Shown here: one piece after another, positions 59,327 through 64,000 of the stretch
How positions within the stretch are numbered: the stretch's first letter is position 1
Layout of the letters: each line of letters opens with the position of its first letter
Assembly (NCBI GenBank): GCA_963816145.1
Contig: CAWFJP010000030.1
Location: 192,001-256,000, forward strand
From: an uncultured delta proteobacterium
GTDB taxonomy: Bacteria > Desulfobacterota > Binatia > UBA9968
Direction: 5' to 3'
Length of the DNA: 64,000 nt
Program-made: the position numbers and the translations under genes
Notes under the pieces: generated by a model
Told to the model about the DNA's origin: nothing
Databases searched by the model: none
The model's input: the letters and a program-made list of their open reading frames with translations, nothing else

Positions 59327-60361
59327 TTACTTTGTCAGTCCCAGCCCCTGCAAAAATCCCGAGATCTTTAGATAGTCCGCAAACGAATTATCGATGAACT
59401 CTGCCGGGTGCGCGTCTTTGGCGCGGGGAAACTCTTTTTCGTCGAGGTAGCTCAACTGGCTCTGAATCGGCTCGCTGCGCACAGCGAGAGCATTGTCCCA
59501 GTAGGGCGAGAATTGTTCGTAGGTGCCGTCGATGATTTTGGCATCGTCGCTGTCGGTGTATTTAGCGATCGCTTTTTTCGCTATAGCCGGACTTTGTTTC
59601 GCTAACACCGTCGCTTCGGCAACGGCTTGGAGAAAAGCGTAGAGCGCATTGGGATAAGCTTTGATAGTCTTTTCCGTGGTGCCGTAAGCCAGATGAAATC
59701 CCGGCACATTGGCCTGGGCGATATCGATCAGCAGACTCAGTCCGGCGTCGCGCGCTTTCAGCGTGTTCGGCGCCGACAAGGTCCCAGCCGCGGTGTTACC
59801 GTTGATCACCGCGGTAAGGATCGCCGGAATGGTTTGCAGATAGATGAAGCTCACGTCCTTTTCCGAAATCACCGCGGTCTTCTTGAGCGCTTCGCGGGTC
59901 GCTATTTCCGTCGATGTTTTGGGCGTCGTCACCGCGACGGTTTTGCCCTTGAGGTCGGCCAGCGATTTAACCCCCTTGCCACCCCAAAGTTGAAAGACAA
60001 AGCGTTGCAGCGTGCCGCCGATGTATTTCGCCGGCACGCCTTGTAAGCGCGCGTTGACCAACTCCGGGCCGGTGGAAATCACATCCAACTCGCCGGCTAT
60101 CAGTGCTTGATGCGCGACCTGTGAGTTGAGAATTTTCAAAGTCGCATCGAGGCCATGTTTTTTGAACAGCCCCGCTTCCTGCGCCAGCCAGAGCGGCGTG
60201 AACGCGCCGCTCGCTTGGGTGTATGACAGCGTGAAATTGCTTTTCTCCGGTTTGCCGCCGAGCTGGGCGAGACTGAGCGCCGGGAAGGACGCGATCAAGA
60301 ACAAAACGAATGACAATGCGTCGATCACACTGCGACGATGGCTGCGATCTGACAATAACAT
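59327..60361 (-). CDS. NMT1/SsuA-like substrate-binding protein
   Basis: Paralog of 3092..4099 (GKPEKS, SGAFTP.W, AGTLSAPNT, DGTY..F.PYW). Confidence 0.87.
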   Translation of the reverse strand: MLLSDRSHRRSVIDALSFVLFLIASFPALSLAQLGGKPEKSNFTLSYTQASGAFTPLWLAQEAGLFKKHGLDATLKILNSQVAHQALIAGELDVISTGPELVNARLQGVPAKYIGGTLQRFVFQLWGGKGVKSLADLKGKTVAVTTPKTSTEIATREALKKTAVISEKDVSFIYLQTIPAILTAVINGNTAAGTLSAPNTLKARDAGLSLLIDIAQANVPGFHLAYGTTEKTIKAYPNALYAFLQAVAEATVLAKQSPAIAKKAIAKYTDSDDAKIIDGTYEQFSPYWDNALAVRSEPIQSQLSYLDEKEFPRAKDAHPAEFIDNSFADYLKISGFLQGLGLTK

Positions 60362-60506
60362 CGGTTCCCCCTTGCTGAAGCGTCGATATCAGATCGTCGA
60401 TGGCGCCGTCAATCCGGCTAGCCGCAGATGAGCCGGAGCAACGAAGAACTCTCACGCATTGCGGTCGGCTACCGCCACGTGGTAGACGAATCCGGAGGAT
60501 GAATTC

Positions 60507-60902
60507 ATGGCCAAGATCAAGCATATCGCGATCAGAACCAACGATATCGAAAAAACCGCCGCCTTCTACAGAGAAGCCTTCGGTCTCGAACAGGTCGGCG
60601 TCGGCCAGAGCGGTATCTATCTGACCGACGGCTATCTCAACATCGCAATCCTCAACATGCGCGGGGTGGTCGAGGGCGAGACCATGAAGTTGGGCGTTGA
60701 TCATGTCGGCTTTCAAGTCGATGATGTCGACGCGACGGTGGAAAAGATTCGCAGCCTCGGCGGCAAGCCGCTCAACCCGCGCAACGAAGTCCGCCACAGC
60801 GATCCGTCCAAGCCGCAGTCTTACTTCGAGGTCAAATGCGTCGCTCCTGACGATCAGGTCATCGATGTTTCCAACGCCGGCTGGGTCGGCGCCAGTAAGT
60901 AA
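60507..60902 (+). CDS. VOC/glyoxalase family protein
   Basis: IKHIAIRT.D, YLTDGYLNIAIL, GVDHVGFQVDD; GGAGG RBS. Confidence 0.87.
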   Translation: MAKIKHIAIRTNDIEKTAAFYREAFGLEQVGVGQSGIYLTDGYLNIAILNMRGVVEGETMKLGVDHVGFQVDDVDATVEKIRSLGGKPLNPRNEVRHSDPSKPQSYFEVKCVAPDDQVIDVSNAGWVGASK

Positions 60903-60992
60903 GTCTGCGCTCGAATCGATCCGCCGATTAGCTGGCAGTGCGCGCTAAAGCGAGATAACTATTATTTTCGTCCCAGCGATCGGCGACGCACC

Positions 60993-62282
60993 TTGGTGAA
61001 GCTCAACGACTTAAGAAAGCGCATCGCCGGCCTCTATTATGGGTGGCGCATGATCGGCGTCGTCTCGGCGCTGCGCATCCTCGGCGGCGGCCTGCATCAA
61101 TACGGCTTTACGGTTTTCTTTCTGCCGGTCACTCAGGACCTCGGCCTCACTCGCGCTTCCACCGCGCTCGCCTTTTCTCTGGCGCGGGCCGAGGGTTCGC
61201 TGACCGCGCCCATCGTCGGCTACTTGCTCGACCGCTATGGGCCGAAGCCGCTCATGCTCGCCGCCGCTGGATTTGCCGGCGTCGGCTATATTCTATTTTC
61301 GTTCGTAACCGATTACACGACTTTCTTGATCGTCTATTTGGGCGTGATCTCTCTCGCCTTCAATGCCGGCTTCGTCCATGCGCCCACGGTGGTCGCCAAC
61401 AGTTGGTTTATCGCCCTGCGCGCCCGCGCCATGACCGTCGTCAGCGCCGCTGTGCCGGTTGGCGGCGCGTTGATCACGCCCCTGCTGGCCATTGCAGTGC
61501 AGAATCTCGGCTGGCGCTGGGCGGCGCTGCTCGCCGGCGTGCTCTTTCTCGTCGCGGGTCTGCCATTGTGCCTGGGCATTCACCGCTCCCCTGAAAGCAT
61601 CGGCATGCAGCCGGACGGCGCGCCGCTCCAGTCCACAACGAACGACGGCAATGTAGACGAAAAACAGACGGCGCACGGCGCTGGTCCCGATGTCACCGCG
61701 CGGGAAGCGTTTCGCTCCCCGATCTTCTGGAATCTGATCTGCTCGATGACCTGCCGCTCGGTCGCGTTCACGACCGTGACGACTCATTTCATTCCGATGA
61801 TGGTCTGGAAAGGCATGAGTCAGACCGAAGCTTCGGTGCTGCTCGCCGGATTCGCGCTGATCAATCTGCCGATTCACTTTCTGCTCGGCTGGATCGCGGA
61901 CTTCGTCAACAAGCCCAAGCTGGTCACCATCTGCCTGTTCCTAGGTGTCGTCGCAGTCTTGCCGATGTTGTGGAGCAACTCGCTTTGGGCGTTGTGGTTC
62001 TTCACCGGACTCTACAGCGTGCTTGACGCGTCGATCCCGGTTTTTTGGGCTTCGGTGGGAGACTTCTTCGGCCGCAAATCCTTCGGCACAATCCGCGGCA
62101 ACATGAATCTCTTCTACACCTGGGGCTCAATCCTCGGCCCTTTCCTCGCCGGCGCGATCTACGATCAGACCCAGAGCTACGCTCTTGTCTTCACCGGCAT
62201 CACCGTATCGCTCGTCATCTCCACCGCCATGACGGCGCTCTTGATCAAACCGTGGGCGAAACTTGGAAATAGAGTTGGATGA
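60993..62282 (+). CDS. MFS transporter
   Basis: YYGW, GYLLDRYGPK, GWIAD, DFFGRKSFGTIRG, GP.LAG.IYD.TQSY. Confidence 0.9.
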   Translation: MVKLNDLRKRIAGLYYGWRMIGVVSALRILGGGLHQYGFTVFFLPVTQDLGLTRASTALAFSLARAEGSLTAPIVGYLLDRYGPKPLMLAAAGFAGVGYILFSFVTDYTTFLIVYLGVISLAFNAGFVHAPTVVANSWFIALRARAMTVVSAAVPVGGALITPLLAIAVQNLGWRWAALLAGVLFLVAGLPLCLGIHRSPESIGMQPDGAPLQSTTNDGNVDEKQTAHGAGPDVTAREAFRSPIFWNLICSMTCRSVAFTTVTTHFIPMMVWKGMSQTEASVLLAGFALINLPIHFLLGWIADFVNKPKLVTICLFLGVVAVLPMLWSNSLWALWFFTGLYSVLDASIPVFWASVGDFFGRKSFGTIRGNMNLFYTWGSILGPFLAGAIYDQTQSYALVFTGITVSLVISTAMTALLIKPWAKLGNRVG

Positions 62283-62391
62283 CCATATTTCTTCCCTTTG
62301 CGAGCGCGCCGTCGGCATGTATGCTAAGGGGAAGGAAGGGAAACGCCCCGTTGTATGCAATGACGCTGGCTGTTCCGAGGTAAGGTAAACC

Positions 62392-62670
62392 GTGGCCGCC
62401 GCCCCGATCGTCGACTTTATACTCACCGACCACGCAATCCGCGAGCTGGCAAGGCGGGGCATGGATAAACAAGACTTAGACGGCGTGCTAAAAAATCCGG
62501 GCCAGCGTTTGGACGTGCGGCCGGGTCGTGTCGTGGTGCAGTCCAAAACTCAACAGGATGGAACTGAATATTTGCTGAGGGTCTTTGTCGATATCGACCG
62601 TAACCCAGCCGAGATAGTGACGGCTTACCGGACGAGCAAAGTTACGAAATATTGGAGGGATCAGCCATGA
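62392..62670 (+). CDS. DUF4258 family (RelE-like putative toxin)
   Basis: LTDHA...L.RRG, LLRVFVD......IVTAYRTSK..KYW. Confidence 0.78.
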   Translation: MAAAPIVDFILTDHAIRELARRGMDKQDLDGVLKNPGQRLDVRPGRVVVQSKTQQDGTEYLLRVFVDIDRNPAEIVTAYRTSKVTKYWRDQP

Positions 62671-62867
62671 AAGTTTTCTACGATCCGCATACAGACACGC
62701 TGAACGTAATCCTGAAGGACAACGTAGCCGTTCACGAAAGCGACGAGGATAAGCCTGGCATTATTCTCGACTACGACAGGGAAGGTAATCTAATCTCACT
62801 AGAGATTCTCGACGCCTCGAAGCGTGTCACTGATACCCGTAAGGTGGATTTTCAACTGGCTGAATGA
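62667..62867 (+). CDS. DUF2283 family (putative antitoxin)
   Basis: MKV.YD..TD.L.V.L, ESDE.KPGIILDYD..GNL..LEILDAS; ATGA overlap. Confidence 0.85.
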   Translation: MKVFYDPHTDTLNVILKDNVAVHESDEDKPGIILDYDREGNLISLEILDASKRVTDTRKVDFQLAE

Positions 62868-62870
62868 CAC

Positions 62871-63072
62871 ATCCTTCGGCACGATCCGCGGCAACATGAA
62901 TCTCTTCTACACCTGAGGCGCCATCCTCGGCCCTTTCCTCGCCGGCGCGATCTACGATCAGACCCAGAGCTACGCTCTTGTCTTCACAGGGATCACGATA
63001 TCGCTATTGATCTCGACGGCGATGACAGCGCTGCTGATCAAGCCGTGGGCAAGACTTGGAACGTCAGCTTAG
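62871..63072 (+). pseudogene. Orphan copy of the 3' end of MFS 60993..62282
   Basis: Matches about 62078-62268; TGG>TGA at 62914; ends ..KPWARLGTSA*. Confidence 0.93.
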
Positions 63073-63256
63073 ATAGTAAATCACACGATTCCGTTAGATT
63101 GATAAGATTGTTATGTCAAACCCAGCGTGCTCCTTAGCGTATTAGCAGCGAGACCTACAGATCATTTCTGCCCTGTCGCAGGAGCGGCGCAAATAAGGAA
63201 ACAAACAAAGCCTGGCGCTGATGCGTCCCACGGAACAGAGCTCGAAACATAGCCTG

Positions 63257-64000
63257 TTAGTTATCCATTGGTCGCAGGTTAATTGCCCGAGCACCCTCCA
63301 TGGAAAAGCCAACCTCAAACGTTACCGGTGATCCTAGAGCCAAAGCGTCAAAATATCGCGGCAAAGAGCCCGTAACATGCCCTAAGACTTCTACCTCGAG
63401 TAGAGGTGTCTCGATCAACACATATGTAGCCTCCTTGCGGCGAATCTTGCCTTCAAAGCGAGAAACTATTCCGTTTTCGCCCTTAAGCGGTGCACGCACT
63501 CTTCTTCTAAACCGAGGCTCAATTGGCGCATTTTTTAGTGACTGAAAAATGCGGCCTGACTCGTCGTAACCCCTTGCCACGAACATTTCTCGGGCGTACC
63601 AAAATTGGGCATCGAAATTCGAATCACCCTCAGTGAAGCTTCGCTTCAAATGATCCAATATTAACTCCCGCGACGAGACATCTCCCTTTGCCATTAGAAT
63701 CCGGGCAAATTCTAAATGAGCGGCCTTACTACTCGGATTTTGGTTTAAACATTCACGCAAAAGTTTAATTGCTGCTTCATAATCCCCCCTCGCATTAAAT
63801 TTCCTGGCTAACCGTACAGCTATCCAGTCTTGTCTTGGATTCAAACTAAACGCGACACGAAGCGCACGCTCCGCCTTTTCGTGTTGGTCGATAAGCTCTC
63901 GGAACTGTGCTTCTGCTGTCTGCAATGCAGAGTCCTCTGGAAATCGTTGCAAACCCTCCTCAAGTATTCTTTCTGTCTCACGAGTAATCTCAACAACCTT
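63257..64000 (-). CDS. C-terminal part of a TPR + cold-shock/OB-fold protein (5' end off window), putative defence gene
   Basis: Frame open to 64000 (KVVEITRETERILEEGLQRFP..), TPR-like helices, C-terminal EG.I....TY..I...V.FEVGFS.EG.RA.NL; visibly lower GC than neighbours. Confidence 0.7.
   Translation of the reverse strand, partial: KVVEITRETERILEEGLQRFPEDSALQTAEAQFRELIDQHEKAERALRVAFSLNPRQDWIAVRLARKFNARGDYEAAIKLLRECLNQNPSSKAAHLEFARILMAKGDVSSRELILDHLKRSFTEGDSNFDAQFWYAREMFVARGYDESGRIFQSLKNAPIEPRFRRRVRAPLKGENGIVSRFEGKIRRKEATYVLIETPLLEVEVLGHVTGSLPRYFDALALGSPVTFEVGFSMEGARAINLRPMDN

Noticed and set aside
63073-63256. Integron attC site downstream of the TPR gene
   Set aside because: Isolated GTTAGAT/ATCTAAC word only; no paired core sites or L boxes could be folded by eye.
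1-64000. tRNA, rRNA, prophage or autonomous IS
   Set aside because: No cloverleaf, rRNA signature, phage structural gene, integrase or transposase recognised by eye; a tRNAscan/ISEScan run would be needed to exclude them fully.

Overview
GC-rich bacterial chromosomal window; gene content resembles Deltaproteobacteria/Candidatus Binatia, which is an inference. From left to right it holds: a heavily frameshifted type I RM locus (hsdM-hsdS) followed by a Fic gene; a conserved core block (recJ, secF, secD, yajC, tgt, queA, SPFH/NfeD, UDG, DUF4416, coaBC); and about 45 kb of accessory catabolic and transport genes (nine NMT1/SsuA-like and two Bug/TctC orphan binding proteins, amidohydrolases, 3-hydroxyanthranilate dioxygenase, UbiD, SDR, MFS, VOC, stand-alone NRPS A-T, fluoride riboswitch-crcB-DUF190, a DUF4258/DUF2283 pair, and a partial lower-GC TPR/cold-shock-domain gene). 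Three unexplained features stand out. (1) In five cases a gene is followed by unrelated cargo and then a promoterless copy of its own 3' part, mostly synonymously diverged, with no integrase in view; this looks like a tail-replacement route for cargo acquisition. (2) A three-gene operon couples a membrane-anchored cell-wall amidase to a MamK-family actin outside any magnetosome context. (3) Many intergenic 7-mer/9-mer repeat palindromes with different units share a TYCGRA core, and some carry nested MITEs.
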